This document shows, piece after piece, positions 10,217 through 22,693 of a stretch of DNA of 64,000 bases. Position numbers and translations under genes: made by a program. This stretch comes from an uncultured Planctomycetota bacterium. Lineage in GTDB: Bacteria > Planctomycetota > Planctomycetia > Isosphaerales > Isosphaeraceae. The notes below the pieces were generated by a model. The model saw only the letters and a program-made list of their open reading frames with translations. It did no database searches and was not told where the DNA came from. The stretch is from assembly GCA_963823665.1 (NCBI GenBank), contig CAWGMQ010000008.1, forward strand, positions 704,001 through 768,000, in the 5' to 3' direction. Position 1 is the stretch's first letter. Each line of letters starts with the position of its first letter.

Positions 10217-12844
10217 GAGTCCTTGGCGATCCAGGGGGCAATTTCCCACGTCTGCACGTCTTGATAGAGATCGAGAGCGCCCTTCACCGGGCCTTTGAGA
10301 CGATCGCGCCAGGCGTAGTGGTCTGCGAGCTGCCAGAGCGGAATGATCGGCAGCTCGTCGCGCGACTCGCGATCGATCTGCTGCGCCAGGGCTCTCGCGG
10401 TGGTCCACTCGGAGGCGCGCTCGAGCTGCAGCAGCAGCCAGAGCATCTCCTTGCTGGCAATCGCGGCGAGCGCTTCGGCCTCCGGCGGTGCGTCGTAGCC
10501 GGGGCAAAGCATGAGGCCGGCCTCAAGCACCGGCTCGCGGCACTCGAGCACCCGGTAAGCCAGGTCGAACTGCCGGCCGGCGCGCAGCTCGCCCTCGAGC
10601 TGCGACGGCGGAACCTCGATCGGCACAACTTCCACGCCGGCATCGCGAAACGCATCCGCGATCCGGGGAACTATCGCGCGCACCTCCGGAATCGACGGAT
10701 ACTCGAAATTCAGCTTGATCCGCGCGTTGTTCATTTCCTTGCGCGCAGCCGCCACCAGCATTTTCGCCAGCCACATCTCCGCCTCGAGCGGCTTCACGCC
10801 TGGAAAATCGGCGTAACTGCCCTTCGGAAACGGCCCGTCGGCCACCGCATTCGCGCCCTCGGCCGGCCGCTTGATCAAGTAATCCTCCAGGAGCGACTTG
10901 CGGTCCAGCGCGTATGATAGCCCGCGCCGCAGCGAGCGGCTGCGCAAGGCCTGGTTGCGGCCGTCGATCGCGATCAAATGAATGACGGGGTTCGCATAAG
11001 CGCCGACTTTGATGTCGGGAGACGCCGACAGGCCCATCACCAGATCCGGCGGCACGTGCTCGATCAGGCTCACATCGCCGCGCCGCAGAGCCCCGACCGC
11101 CGACTGTCCGCTCGGAAACCGAATCTCGCGAATTCGCTTGATCGGCACCCCTTTCTCCGCCGTCGGCGCTGGCTGGGCTGGCCCGTCCGACCGGCCTCGA
11201 GCAGGCATCTTCTCGGAAGCCAGCACGCCGGCGAATTTGGCCCCGCCCCCTTGGTCGCCGGTCTTTCCCGCCGCGACACGCGCCTCCGGAGCGACGTCGT
11301 CCCGAAGACGCAGCTCGACGCGGTCCGTCCCGGCCAGGGTGCAGATGAAAAGACCGTCGGTGACCAGCGGCCGATCACGACCCGTCGACGTGACTCGCCC
11401 GTCAAAGCCGGCATGAGCCGGGCCCACCGGGCCCAGCAGCCACGCCCCCCCTTTCAGCGGAGAGTGGTTGAGACGAAGCTCCAGCTTCGTCTCATCGACG
11501 ACCTCCACCCGATCCAGCAAATTGGCCCACCGCGCGTCGAACCGCAAGGAATGCGGGTCGGTGCGATCGATCAGGTCGCGGCCGACGTCGATTGCCGAGA
11601 CCGGACGCGAGCCGTCTGACCAGTTGAACCCCGGCCGGATCTTCAGCACCAGCCGACGGCCCAGATCAGACGACTCGATGGCCGCGCCAAGCTGGCCTGG
11701 CTTCTTGCCCTGCCGCGCAGCGTCATCGTCGCTCACCAGGATCGGCCGATACAGCAGCCGGCTGATCCGCTGGTCAGCCGGCGTGCGAATCCACGGCCCG
11801 ACCGGAGAAGACACGTCGTTCACCGCGACTTCGAGCGTCGGTTCTGCCAGGAAAGCCTTGTCATACAGCGGCTCGGTGTGTTCGAGCGCCGGCCAGATGC
11901 GCAATGCCTCCGTAAGCGCGTCCAGCCGCGCCGGCGGCGGCGCGTTCTCCGAGGCCCTCACTCGATCCGTCGCCTTGTTGATGAAGAGCGCTCGCATCTG
12001 CTTCACCAGAATATGCTCCGGCACCACCTCCGTCAGCTCGTGCAGTACCCGCCGCCCGCGCGGGTAAAGTCCCAGCGAAAGCGCCTTTTCGATCCTCTTG
12101 CCGAAAGCTTCCCCGATCTGGTCCAGCAGCCCCTCGTAGTCTCGTTTTCGCCCAAGCAGCTCACGCAGCAGCCGCAGACCGCGCTCGCCATCGCCGTCGA
12201 TCAAGGCCTTGCCGCCCTCCCTGTAGAGCAGAAGGTTCACGCGGTCAAATAGCCCGTTCCAGCCCGGATTCCGCACCTGCACCCGCAGACAGCACTCGAA
12301 CGCCTTCGTGTACTCGTGAACCGCGATCAGGTGATCACATTCCTCCAGGAGCAAGTCCTCGAAGTATTCCACCTTCTTGATACTCGCCCGCTTCGTCTTG
12401 AAGTCGACAATCTCCTTCGGCCCGCCTTGCAGCAAATGCAGCCTGACGTCGTCCTCCTCCAGACCATTCGGGTCGACCTCCTTCTTCTCGGTCGGCAGCT
12501 CGATATTGGCCTTCTTGCCGACCTCGATGTTTCCCCCGAACGGTATTTCGTTCTCTTTTGCGCTGCCGTCTCTTTTCGCGCTCCTTGGCCGGGTCGGGGG
12601 TCGGCAGTGGTCGAGGGCTCACCGGATCGACGATCAAGACTGTCCCGTCAATCAAGGTCACGCGATCAAACGGTGCCGCTCGCAACAGTTCATCGGTGGT
12701 CTTGGGCGCCCCCTGATCCTGTGCTGGAGCGCCAGCCACGAGCACGCCCGAGGCGATCGGAACCACGAGCGCCGCGACGAGTGCCAGGGCGAACGAGCGA
12801 GTGAGCCGTTTCACGAGAACCTGCCTTTCGATCACTCGATTCAA
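10201..12844 (-). CDS. Family 5 (OppA/DppA-like) solute-binding protein with long N-terminal helical extension; frameshift near 12575
   Basis: IRPGFNWSDG.PVSA.DV, LRRGLSYALDR, ELPIIPLWQ motifs; signal peptide in ORF 12335..12844. Confidence 0.8.
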
Positions 12845-15800
12845 GGTTTGCCGCCCGAGCGAAGCTCGGCCGTCACGGGACGAATCGTCCCCTTTCCCGC
12901 CGGAACCAAAACCTGCTTTCCAGCCAGCACCAAACCGTCATCCGGCAGAATGCCGAGCGCGAGGCGGTCAAGCTCCGCGCCGCTCGAACGGGCGCGAACG
13001 TGAAGGTTCCCGTCGCTCGTCAGGATCCAGACCGCGTCATCCTTTACAAGCGGCGCGCCCACCGGGGCCGCCTTCAGGTTAATCGACCATTGCCGGGTGC
13101 CGTCGTGCCCCACCGCCGTCACTCCCCCCGCCCGGTCCATCACGAAGCAGCCGTCGCCGGCCGGAGACGGCGGCCCCGCAAGCGGTGCCTCGAGCGCCCA
13201 CGACCCCACCGGGCTCAAGTCCCTGGTCGCCAGCACCCGCACGTGGCGATCGGCCGTGACCACGATCACAGCACCCCCCGTCGACACTGGCCCCGCCACA
13301 ATCTCCTGCGGAAGCGTCGCCGCCGCCTCGCCGACTAGCCGCGGCACTGGCGCCGTCTTCTTGGCAACCCGGTAGATATGGCCGACGTTGTCGGCCAGTA
13401 TCACCATTTCCTTGTCCACCGGCGCCGGCGGCAGCCAGCTTCCCTGGTGGTCCCGGTCGAACTTGGGCACGAACGGCTCGGCGCCCGCCAGGCCCGTGAG
13501 CGGATCGATCAGGTACGCTCGCGCGTCACTGCCGGGAAGCAGAACACCATCGCCCCAGGCGATCGGCTCGGCGGCCAGCGCCACCGGCAGGGCGACTTTC
13601 TGCCAGCTCCCCGGCTTCACCGGATCTTGCACCCAGAACTGCTTGGAGCCGTCCTTGGGCACGATCACGTCGATCGTCTTGCCTGCAGGCCTCGAACCGC
13701 AGCCGCCGGCCCGGCGGCAGCGAAAACTCACCCGGCCTGGGAACCGCCTCGATCAGGAACCCGCCCTTGCTGATCCGATCCGCGTCGAGCACCACTTCAC
13801 GCCCGTCGCGGCCGATCAGCGAGAGCAGCCCCCGCCCGCGGACGGCCGCACCGGCCACGGCGCGCCGACGATTGTCTTCCAGACAATCCCGCTCGTGTCC
13901 GTGTCGATCGCCCAGAGCGCCACCCCGCCGCTGGCTCGATCCTGGAATGTCATGATCACCAGCTTGCCCGCCTTCTGGATCGGCTGAAGCGCCGGGCCCG
14001 GCTGCGCGATCGGCGTGTGCGGATCGATCGTGCCCTTCTCCAGGTCGAGGTCGAACCGGCCCGAATGTGCCGAAGCCACCCACAGCTCGCGATCGGACCG
14101 CGCCAGACCGAATGCCGGTCCACTCGAGACCGAATCGGCGGTCAGCTTCGACAGCGAATGAAAAGGCGCCTTGTTCGTGTAGTCTCCCACGGTGAAGGCT
14201 TCATAGCCCCCTTTGTCGCCCAGCCCCCAGACGACCGGGCCGGCGCTCACAGGAGTCTCCGCGATCCACCCGGAAACATCCACGTCCTGCACGAGATTCA
14301 CCTTCCCCCCCTCCGGGTCGAGAAGCATGACGTGCAACTGGCTGTTGTACATCGAATTGTTTTCCGGGACGATCAGGAACCGCCCCAGTCGCGCCGGAGC
14401 ACATGGGACGGACCCATCGGCATGACCGAGATACACCACCGCAGTGCACGACAATGGCTCACGCGCCAGCACGAACAGGCAATCCTGCCGGCCGATCAGG
14501 TAAAGGTGCTGGCCGGCCTCGTCGTTCACCGGCGAGCGTCCCAGCGGCCGTCCCAAGTTAACCGTGGTTTCCAGCTCGCCCGACTCGAGCCGCACCAGCA
14601 GCAGTTTTCCGCTCGGCAGCACCTGCGCAAGCAGGTTCCCCACTACGAGCGGCGGGTCCGTCGCGGCACCGCCTAACCCCAGCCGCCACTTGAGTGCGCC
14701 CGAGCGCGCGTCAAGCCGCACCAGCTCATTGTGCCGCGCATCGATCGCCACCACCGTCCCATCGCCCGGCACCGGCTGCGGCACAAACGGCGCCGCCAGC
14801 CCCAGCGGCCGGCTCCACAAAGGCGCGCCGGTCAAGCCGTGCAGTGCATAGGCATAGCCATCGGCCAGGGCATAGACATTCTCCTCCGGCGGCGGCTCCG
14901 CGGTTGTTTCTCGACCGGTGCGCATCACCAGTGAGGTCGGCGGTCCCAGCGCCTCCACACGGCCCGAGTGCTCCGCCGGACGATTTGTCTTCTCGACCGT
15001 GATCGCCTTGCGAATCGCCTCGTTCGCTGCAGTCATCCGCGTGATCAGTTCCTTGTCGCGGGCCAGGTCGGGGTACTGCTCGACCAGACCGTCCCGCGCG
15101 TCATAGACCCGCGAAGGTGCGGAATCCTTGGTCGCCTGGTCCATCTTGGCAAACGCCTCCGCACGGACCTGCGCCTTCTTCACGGCGGCCCGCGCTTCGG
15201 TCAGCTTGGTCGGCAGCCGCGACTTGGTCAGAAACGACGGGGCCGGCTCTCCGGCGACGCGAGCGTGCAAGCCGACGGTCGACTCAGCCTCGGCAAGGGC
15301 CTTCGGGTCGGCGGCTGACCGCGCGCGGTCGGCCAGGCCCTCGCCGATTTTGATGATCACCTCCGCCAGGTTGACTTGCTCGTCGCGAAATGCCGGCAGC
15401 GAGCCAACCTGCTCGACCATCTCGTTAGCGGCCTCGAGCGCCGATGACCAGGTGCCGCCTTCAACCGTGACGTACTGCCGCACATTTGCGAAAGACCGCA
15501 ACACCTTGGCCTTGCCGGCGCGCGCATCACGCGGGTTAGCCGCCAGAAACGTGTCGAAATCGCGCATCGCCGTGCGGTAGTCGCCGTCCTCGAAGTTCTG
15601 CACGGCGCGGTCGAACGTGCGCGTGGCGATCGTCGAGGCGATGATCGATTTGAGCCAGAAACCCATTCCAACCAGCAGCAGCAGCGTGGCCACCAGGCCG
15701 ATCACCAGCGGCGAGGTCAAGATCCTCTCGCGGCCGGGCGCCACAGTGCCCCACAATGCCGCGAGCCGCGCAAAGCGTTTCGCGCCGCCGGCCTTCGGTT

Positions 15801-16372
15801 GGGCCTTGGCGAGTGTTTCCTCATAGTCAGGTTCGCTCTTGCGGCCTCTGCCTAAGCCCCGCTTGAGTGGTGCATCCGCCGGCGCGATCCCGGGCTCTCG
15901 TCCCTGTGTGGTCCGAACTGAATCAAGCCAGTCGTCTTGTTCGAGCATCGGCGGCTCATCGCGCTCGGCCGAGCGCTTGCCGCCCCGGCTCGACGTGCGC
16001 CCGGCCACCACCGGAGGTGGCGCAACCCTCGTTCGGTCGTCTCCCGCCGATTTCGAGCGCCGGGGATCGCCCCCCTCTTCCTCGCCCCGGACCAGAATCA
16101 TCCGGCAGTCGCCCACCGTGATCTCGTCGCCCTGCCGCAGACTTCCCGTCGTCATTTTGTGGCCGTTGATCACCACGAATTCCGCGTCGGGCGATGCCTC
16201 GACCTTGAACTTCGGCGACTTTCCAGCGAATGCGTCCGTGCACTGGCCGGATAAATTCGCCCTGAAGGACCACGTCGCATGCCGAGCTCGTTCCAAACAA
16301 CACCGGGTGATCGCGCGAAAGCTCGACAAATTGAACGCGACCTTTACCGTCGTGAACTTCAAGTGTGGCCAT
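12841..16372 (-). CDS. FHA domain - TM - TPR-like - PQQ/BamB-like beta-propeller protein; frameshifts near 16220, 13830 and 13685
   Basis: FGTSSACDVVL..IRPVHGRI and VING...LRQGDEITVG (FHA-like); one TM; repeated A.D..TG...W propeller blades across four consecutive ORFs. Confidence 0.8.
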
Positions 16373-16410
16373 GCTCGCGCGAGCTCATCCTTTCTGGGTC
16401 TCAGAACGAC

Positions 16411-17376
16411 TTAGCGAAGCGGTTCCTGGGCTGCGACCTGAAAATCAAAACCGCTGCCGCTTTGAACCACGGTGAATCGAGTAACGCGTATCTCCCCCGG
16501 CTGCCTCCCCTTGTACTTGACCTCCAGTTCGGAAAGGCGGCGCTCGGCCTCCTGCGGATAAAACTGAAACACGACGCTTTCCCCAACCTCGATTCCAGCT
16601 TTCCGCAAGAGCCCGATGTCCGCTTCCTTGCGGCCGCGACCCTGCCAGAGGAAATACAGCCGGTGGTCTCCGCGCCCCGCCCCCTGCCGCTTGGTCGGAG
16701 TCGGGCTCGAGAAATTCGAGACATAAACGAGTTGGTCGGGAGGCACGATCACGGCCATCTCGACACCCAGCGAATCGAGCTGCCGGGCATATTCACTCTC
16801 GGGCTGATTCGGCTTGTAGATGATGCTCCAGCGCTGTTCCGCCGGCACGCCGCCGTCGCCCGGTCCAAAGCCGAGGCCCGGCCCACCGGTGCCGAGCTTC
16901 GACGCCCGCTTCCCGCTCGCAACCTGCCCGCCGCTGGGCATCACCGCCCCCAGATCCACCTCGGCCAGGCTCTGCCCGGCCTCGACGGCCACATCAAGCA
17001 TCGCGCCGGGTGTCTGCTGAACCGACGGTTCCTCAAAATCACCGGCCGCCTCCTCATTGTTGGACGCCATCGCGGACGCGTCGGCTCCCGAAATGTCAAT
17101 CTTTTCGGTCGAGCCCGGTGTGCCGTCGGGGCTGCCTCCGCCCCCTCCGAACACCTCGATGATCTGCACCGGCGCACTGACCCGAGCCGCGTACGCCTGG
17201 GTCGAGACATACACAAGACCCAGCCAGGCCACCACCAGAACTACCCCGCACAGCACCGCCATGAGCATGGACGTGATCTGATCGTATTTCGACTCACCGA
17301 GCACCTTGGCTTCGATCTCAGGCTCGGCGGCACTCTTGTCGGCCGGCATCGCCGGGTGTCCAGTCATTTGACTCAT
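16411..17376 (-). CDS. Single-TM protein with Gly/acidic low-complexity linker and globular C-terminal domain
   Basis: 321-aa ORF with ATGA overlap to the upstream gene; TM at about aa 35-60. Confidence 0.75.
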   Translation of the reverse strand: MSQMTGHPAMPADKSAAEPEIEAKVLGESKYDQITSMLMAVLCGVVLVVAWLGLVYVSTQAYAARVSAPVQIIEVFGGGGGSPDGTPGSTEKIDISGADASAMASNNEEAAGDFEEPSVQQTPGAMLDVAVEAGQSLAEVDLGAVMPSGGQVASGKRASKLGTGGPGLGFGPGDGGVPAEQRWSIIYKPNQPESEYARQLDSLGVEMAVIVPPDQLVYVSNFSSPTPTKRQGAGRGDHRLYFLWQGRGRKEADIGLLRKAGIEVGESVVFQFYPQEAERRLSELEVKYKGRQPGEIRVTRFTVVQSGSGFDFQVAAQEPLR

Positions 17377-19034
17377 CTCGAAGGGCTCCTCGTCGGCGCG
17401 GGCGCAGATGTGCTTGCCGGTGCCGGCTGTGACGCACCATCACCATGATCGTCCAGATCGAGCGGGCGGATGGCCTCGAACCATTCGCGCCATTTCTGGG
17501 CGGCCGCTTGCCGCTGCTCAGGCGTCGACGGGCTGGGCGGTCCGTAGCCCTCGATCTTGCGCGAAAGCAAGAGCAGCCCCATCCGGGCCGCACCGACCAC
17601 CTCTTCATCTTCATTGGGGGTCACGAGCACATCGATCAACCGCGGAATCACGTCGAGGTCACCGGTGTGCGCCAGCGCCCACGCCGCCACCCCGCGCACG
17701 CCCACGTCTCTATCCGTGAGCATCTTGCGGAATCGAACCTTGTACGGACGCAGCGCTACGGGTCCTTCCTTGTAATATCGGTCAACCATTCCCGCCACCG
17801 CCGCGTCGGCCGCTTCAGCCCGGGGATCCTCGAGCACGGCCAGCATTCCTTCAATCGCGCCGTTCATCGGCCGGCTCACCACCCGCCCCCCCGCGACCGT
17901 GAGCGACGTCAGGTCCTTGGGCAGCTCCCGGCCCCCCAGCAATGTCCCGGCGCCCAGCTTCCTGATGTTGATTTTCTGGATCGTCTTGGCCGTCGACTTC
18001 ACCAGGAACAGGACCGACCAACACGTGTTCATGTCAACGCCGTGATTGCTATGCCACGACCCGTCGGAAGTCTGCCTCGAGCGGATGAACTCGGCCCCTC
18101 TCGTGTACCAGTCGACTCTTCCCAGCGTCGCCTTCTCGGCGAGCGCGCCGATTCGCTCGACGCCGTAGAGCATGTAAAAAGGAGTCTGGCCCGCCAGGTT
18201 GGCGTCCCCGGGCGCGAAATTGAGCGAAAGCCACCCGATCCCTCGCTTGATCGCCCCTTCAACCTGGGGCCCTGACGTCGAGGGCTTGAAGTTTTCGCGC
18301 GTGCCCTCGGTGACAAGCGGCGTCAAGAGCGAGCTATTGTCGCGGCGAGTCGTTCGGTAACGATCGAGCTGGCGCTGGCAGATCAGCAGGCTGCCGATAC
18401 CCGCGGCGGTCATCGCGCACGTTTCGGGCTGACTGCCCTCGTCGCGATGATAGTTCCAGCTTCCAGCCGAGCTCTGCACCGACATGTACCACGAGGCGGC
18501 CCGGTCCCACACGGCGGGGTCGATGTCCACACCAATGTTGTCGGCTTCCCACAGCCCCAGCACCGCGTACTGCGAGATCGACGTGTCGCCGGCCGATCGG
18601 TTGGAGTAATCCCACGAGCCATTGGCGTTCTGACGGCCCACAATGTAGTTGGCCACCGACGCGATCAGACTGCGGTTCGCCTCCGGATCTTCCGTGGCGA
18701 GCGCCATGATCGCCGCGCCAGCCTCGTATGTGCCGGGTCCATCCCCGATGGCGGGTGCGTACTCGCCGCCAGTTCCAAATCGCTTGCGAACCGCGCTCAA
18801 ACACGACTGAACCGTCGGATCATTGTGAGGAACTTCCGCTTTCATCAGAGCCAGCGCAATCATCGCCGCCTGGCCGGGCGCTGTCGTGTTCTGCTTTTTG
18901 AGAAACGCAACGCCCGCGTTCACCGCCGGCTCCTGCTGGGCCATGGCCGCCGGCGAAAGAACCGTGACGAACAACGCCGCATAACCGGCGAAAAGCCCCG
19001 GCTTCCCGTAGCGCTTGATCATTGTGGGGTCCAT
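17373..19034 (-). CDS. Exported prenyltransferase/squalene-cyclase-repeat (alpha/alpha barrel) protein with C-terminal HEAT repeats
   Basis: [18 protein letters not shown] and QTSDGSW (QxxDGxW-type) motifs; [23 protein letters not shown]; signal peptide. Confidence 0.85.
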   Translation of the reverse strand: MDPTMIKRYGKPGLFAGYAALFVTVLSPAAMAQQEPAVNAGVAFLKKQNTTAPGQAAMIALALMKAEVPHNDPTVQSCLSAVRKRFGTGGEYAPAIGDGPGTYEAGAAIMALATEDPEANRSLIASVANYIVGRQNANGSWDYSNRSAGDTSISQYAVLGLWEADNIGVDIDPAVWDRAASWYMSVQSSAGSWNYHRDEGSQPETCAMTAAGIGSLLICQRQLDRYRTTRRDNSSLLTPLVTEGTRENFKPSTSGPQVEGAIKRGIGWLSLNFAPGDANLAGQTPFYMLYGVERIGALAEKATLGRVDWYTRGAEFIRSRQTSDGSWHSNHGVDMNTCWSVLFLVKSTAKTIQKINIRKLGAGTLLGGRELPKDLTSLTVAGGRVVSRPMNGAIEGMLAVLEDPRAEAADAAVAGMVDRYYKEGPVALRPYKVRFRKMLTDRDVGVRGVAAWALAHTGDLDVIPRLIDVLVTPNEDEEVVGAARMGLLLLSRKIEGYGPPSPSTPEQRQAAAQKWREWFEAIRPLDLDDHGDGASQPAPASTSAPAPTRSPSR

Positions 19035-19186
19035 TCGAAATCTACACCCTTCAGTCTCGAGCGGCGTCTTGCTTCGCTGGAGCCACCCCTCGACTTCATC
19101 ATTTTATCCGGGCGCGTCGCCATGAGAAACGGCTTCTCACTGGATTCCGATCGAATTGGGTGATAAAAAGGAGCCGGTCCTCCAAG

Positions 19187-20701
19187 ATGCACTCTACACA
19201 ACGTCCCGGCGAGGCCGCTCTCTTCGGCCGGTATAACTTGAGCGCCTACGACGAGATGTTCGCATCGCCCGATGCGCCGCGATCCCATTACGCGCCCCTC
19301 TTCGAGCGGTTAATCGAATTGGGTCCCGTCGAGCTCGAGCGACGCAACAAGTTGGCAGACTTGACGATGCGCCAGCAGGGCATCACGTTCACGGTCTACG
19401 GCCGGAAGCAGGGCGTGGAGCGCATCATCCCGTTCGACCCCATCCCGCGCTTGATCGCCGCCGCCGAATGGGATCGGATCGAGCGCGGCCTCATGCAGCG
19501 CGTGCGGGCTCTCAACCTCTTTATTCATGACGTCTACCACGACCGCCTCATCCTCAAGGACCGGATCGTTCCTCCCGAGCTGGTCTTCGGCGCCACCGGC
19601 TATCGCCGCGACTGCGTCGGGCTGCAAGTCCCGAATAACATCTATATCCACGTCGCCGGCATCGACTTGATTCGCGACACCGATGGCCGCTACCTGGTGC
19701 TCGAAGACAACGGCCGCACTCCCTCCGGCGTCAGTTACGTGCTCAAGAACCGCCAGGTCATGAAGCAGGTCTTCCCGCTCTTGTTCGACCAGTACGTCGT
19801 GCGCCCGGTCGAGGACTACACCGATAACCTCCTGGCAGTCCTGCGCTCGATCGCCCCCGCCGGCTGCGACGATCCGACCGTCGTCATCCTGACGCCCGGC
19901 ATGTATAACTCCGCGTACTACGAGCACAGCTTCCTGGCCCGCCAGATGGGTGTCGAGCTCGTCGAGGGCCGCGACCTGGTGCTCGATCGGGGCCAGATCT
20001 TCAGACGCACCACCCGCGGTCTCAAGCGGGTCGACGTGATCTACCGGCGAGTCGACGACGATTTCCTCGACCCGCTCGCCTTCCGTCCCGAAAGTATGCT
20101 CGGTGTCGCCGGGCTGCTGGGTGCCTACCAGGCCGGCAACGTGGGGCTGGCAAATGCCCTGGGCACGGGCGTCGCCGACGACAAGGGCATCTACCCGTTC
20201 GTTCCCGATATGATCCGCTTTTTTCTGAATGAGGAGCCCATCCTGGACAACGTCGAGACCTTTCGCCCACTCATCCCGTCGCACCGGCAGCACATCCTGG
20301 CCAATCTCGAGTCTCTCGTCGTGAAGGCCGTCGATGCCTCGGGTGGATACGGTATGTTGATCGGCCCCGCCTCCACACGCGCCCAGCGCGACGAGTTCGC
20401 CGCGAAGATCGAAGCCAACCCGCGCGGTTTTATCGCCCAGCCCACGATCTCGCTCTCGCGGCACCCCACCCTGGTCGACGGCCGCCTGGACGGCCGCCAC
20501 ATCGATCTGCGGCCGTTCGTACTTTACGGTGAAGACATCATCGTCATGCCCGGCGGCTTGACCCGGGTGGCTCTTCCGGAAGGGAGCCTGGTGGTCAACA
20601 GCTCGCAGGGCGGTGGAACCAAGGACACCTGGGTGCTCCACGACGGACCAAACCGGCCCCCCTCGGCAGGGCCAGCCGACCCGGCGCTCTCGGGGAACTG
20701 A
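19187..20701 (+). CDS. Circularly permuted type 2 ATP-grasp protein
   Basis: [76 protein letters not shown]. Confidence 0.95.
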   Translation: MHSTQRPGEAALFGRYNLSAYDEMFASPDAPRSHYAPLFERLIELGPVELERRNKLADLTMRQQGITFTVYGRKQGVERIIPFDPIPRLIAAAEWDRIERGLMQRVRALNLFIHDVYHDRLILKDRIVPPELVFGATGYRRDCVGLQVPNNIYIHVAGIDLIRDTDGRYLVLEDNGRTPSGVSYVLKNRQVMKQVFPLLFDQYVVRPVEDYTDNLLAVLRSIAPAGCDDPTVVILTPGMYNSAYYEHSFLARQMGVELVEGRDLVLDRGQIFRRTTRGLKRVDVIYRRVDDDFLDPLAFRPESMLGVAGLLGAYQAGNVGLANALGTGVADDKGIYPFVPDMIRFFLNEEPILDNVETFRPLIPSHRQHILANLESLVVKAVDASGGYGMLIGPASTRAQRDEFAAKIEANPRGFIAQPTISLSRHPTLVDGRLDGRHIDLRPFVLYGEDIIVMPGGLTRVALPEGSLVVNSSQGGGTKDTWVLHDGPNRPPSAGPADPALSGN

Positions 20702-20702
20702 A

Positions 20703-21665
20703 ATGCTGAGCCGCGTCGCGGAAAACCTGTTCTGGATGAGCCGTTATCTTGAGCGGGCTGAAAACGTCGCCCGCTTGCTCGATATCGGCCTCTACCTCGA
20801 GCTCGACGCCCCCACATCACCCGGCGAAGACGGCTCGGCCCCGGTCGAGATCGCCCTGGCAATCTTGTCGAGCGGCGGCGTGCCGCGCCCGGCCAGGCTC
20901 GCGGTCGGCCCGCACCGCAACGCGGTCCTCGGCTTCCTCACGTTCGACCGCTCCAATCCCAACTCCCTCGTGAGCACGATCGCGCGCGCCCGCGAAAACG
21001 CGCGCGGCACCCAGGAAAGCCTGGGCGTCGACGCCTGGAGCGAGATCAATCGCCTCTACCTCTACCTCTGCGGCCAGCGCGCCCAGCGCCGGTTTCATGC
21101 CAGTGCCTCCGCCCTCTACGCCACGGTCAAGCAGTCGTGCATCCTCTTTGACGGCATGGTTCAGAACACGCTGCCGCGCGATGAGGTCTATCATTTCATC
21201 CGCTTGGGCCGCCATCTCGAGCGGGTCTGTGTGATGGGCCAGATCCTCCACGCCAAGTGCCGCACGCGCCCGGAGGGCGGCGCAACCGTCGATCCGGCGA
21301 TCGAGCTGGTGCGCTGGACCGGCCTGCTCCGAAGCTGCTCGGCCTACGGCGCCTACCTCCGCGTCGAGCGCGACCGCGTCGATCCCGCCGGGGTGATCCG
21401 GTTCCTCGTCTTGAACGCCGACTTCCCCCGGGCGATCCGCTTCTGCGTGGCCCGCTGCCGCGAGTCGCTGCGCGAGATCGCCGGCGGCGACGACGAGGAA
21501 TACACCAGCGAAGCCGAGCGCTTGCTGGGAAGGCTCGACAGCGAGCTGCGCTACAGTGACGTCGCCGAGATCTTTGATCGCGGCCTGCTCCCTTTCCTGG
21601 AAGGCATTCGCGCCACGTCGATCCGCGTCGGCGACGAGATCCAGCGCACCTATTTCCTCACGTGA
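20703..21665 (+). CDS. Alpha-E domain protein
   Basis: MLSRVAENLFWMSRYLERAENVAR, ARENAR, LGRHLER, FPRAI.FC. Confidence 0.93.
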   Translation: MLSRVAENLFWMSRYLERAENVARLLDIGLYLELDAPTSPGEDGSAPVEIALAILSSGGVPRPARLAVGPHRNAVLGFLTFDRSNPNSLVSTIARARENARGTQESLGVDAWSEINRLYLYLCGQRAQRRFHASASALYATVKQSCILFDGMVQNTLPRDEVYHFIRLGRHLERVCVMGQILHAKCRTRPEGGATVDPAIELVRWTGLLRSCSAYGAYLRVERDRVDPAGVIRFLVLNADFPRAIRFCVARCRESLREIAGGDDEEYTSEAERLLGRLDSELRYSDVAEIFDRGLLPFLEGIRATSIRVGDEIQRTYFLT

Positions 21666-21673
21666 GCCCGACC

Positions 21674-22693
21674 ATGCTGCTCCGCGTCCAGCACGAAACC
21701 AAGCTCAGCTACTCCGAGCCCGTCTCGGAAACCGTCTTCGACGTGCGCATGGCACCCCCCTCGGATGAAGACCAGACCAACCTGGGCTATCGTCTGCGGA
21801 TCGTCCCCTCCGCGCCGGTCACGATCTACCGCGACGGCTTCGGCAATCGGGTCGATCTCTTCAACATCATCACGCCCTACAGCGAGCTGATCATCCGCGC
21901 GACCTCAATCGTGCGCACCCATCGCGCTGCCGCACCCGAATCGCGGCTCGAGGAAACGGCGTGCGATTCACTCTTCGCCGAGCCGATGGCGATTGATGCC
22001 CTCGAGTATTTGCAGCCCAGCCCCCTGGTCAGTGCTTCCGCCGAGCTACAGCAGTTCATCGCCGCGCTCAAGAAACCCGAGGGCAGTTTAAAAGGAATTT
22101 GCGATCAATTGATGGGCACCGTGACTGCGGCTCTGGCGTATGAGAAGAAGGTGACGACCGCGCGGACGCCCGTTGGCGAAGCGCTCCGGCTGGGCAGGGG
22201 GGTCTGTCAAGATTTCGCCCATCTGTTCCTCGCCGCCTGTCGCGGGATCGGTCTGCCCGCGCGGTATGTGAGCGGTTACGTTCACGAGGAGGGCGAGGTG
22301 GCGACCCACGCCTGGTGTCAGGTGTGGACCGGCAAGTTCGGATGGCTCGACGTAGACCCGACGCGCGGCAAATTCGGCGGTGATGACTACATCAAGATCG
22401 CCCTCGGCCGCGACTACTCCGACGTGCCCCCCAACCGCGGAGTGTGGAAAGGCCTTGCCGAAGAAACCATTTCCGTGAGCGTGAAAGTCGATCCAATCGA
22501 CCGCGTCCCCCCCGACTGGAGCGACTGGTCGGCAATCCAGGCCCCCTGGTCCGCGTCATCCTGGGTCCAGTCCCAATCCCGCCTCGAACGCGCCCGCCAA
22601 AACGCCCAGACCGGCTACCGCCAGCAACAAGGCCAGCAGCAGCAGGGGGATTCCGGGACAGCGGATCTCGCGAACTCGACTGATCCAAACTGA
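21674..22693 (+). CDS. Transglutaminase-like protein with Gln-rich tail
   Basis: GVCQDFAH (Cys), ARYVSGY, ATHAW (His), DVDPT (Asp), GRDYSDVPP. Confidence 0.93.
   Translation: MLLRVQHETKLSYSEPVSETVFDVRMAPPSDEDQTNLGYRLRIVPSAPVTIYRDGFGNRVDLFNIITPYSELIIRATSIVRTHRAAAPESRLEETACDSLFAEPMAIDALEYLQPSPLVSASAELQQFIAALKKPEGSLKGICDQLMGTVTAALAYEKKVTTARTPVGEALRLGRGVCQDFAHLFLAACRGIGLPARYVSGYVHEEGEVATHAWCQVWTGKFGWLDVDPTRGKFGGDDYIKIALGRDYSDVPPNRGVWKGLAEETISVSVKVDPIDRVPPDWSDWSAIQAPWSASSWVQSQSRLERARQNAQTGYRQQQGQQQQGDSGTADLANSTDPN

Noticed and set aside
17373..19034. Squalene-hopene cyclase
   Set aside because: No DxDD catalytic motif seen; single barrel with a signal peptide and HEAT tail.
19310..20641. Long antisense ORFs (also 38681..40390, 4566..5945, 16279..17448, 46729..48111)
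   Set aside because: Shadow frames of well-supported genes in high-GC DNA; no motifs.
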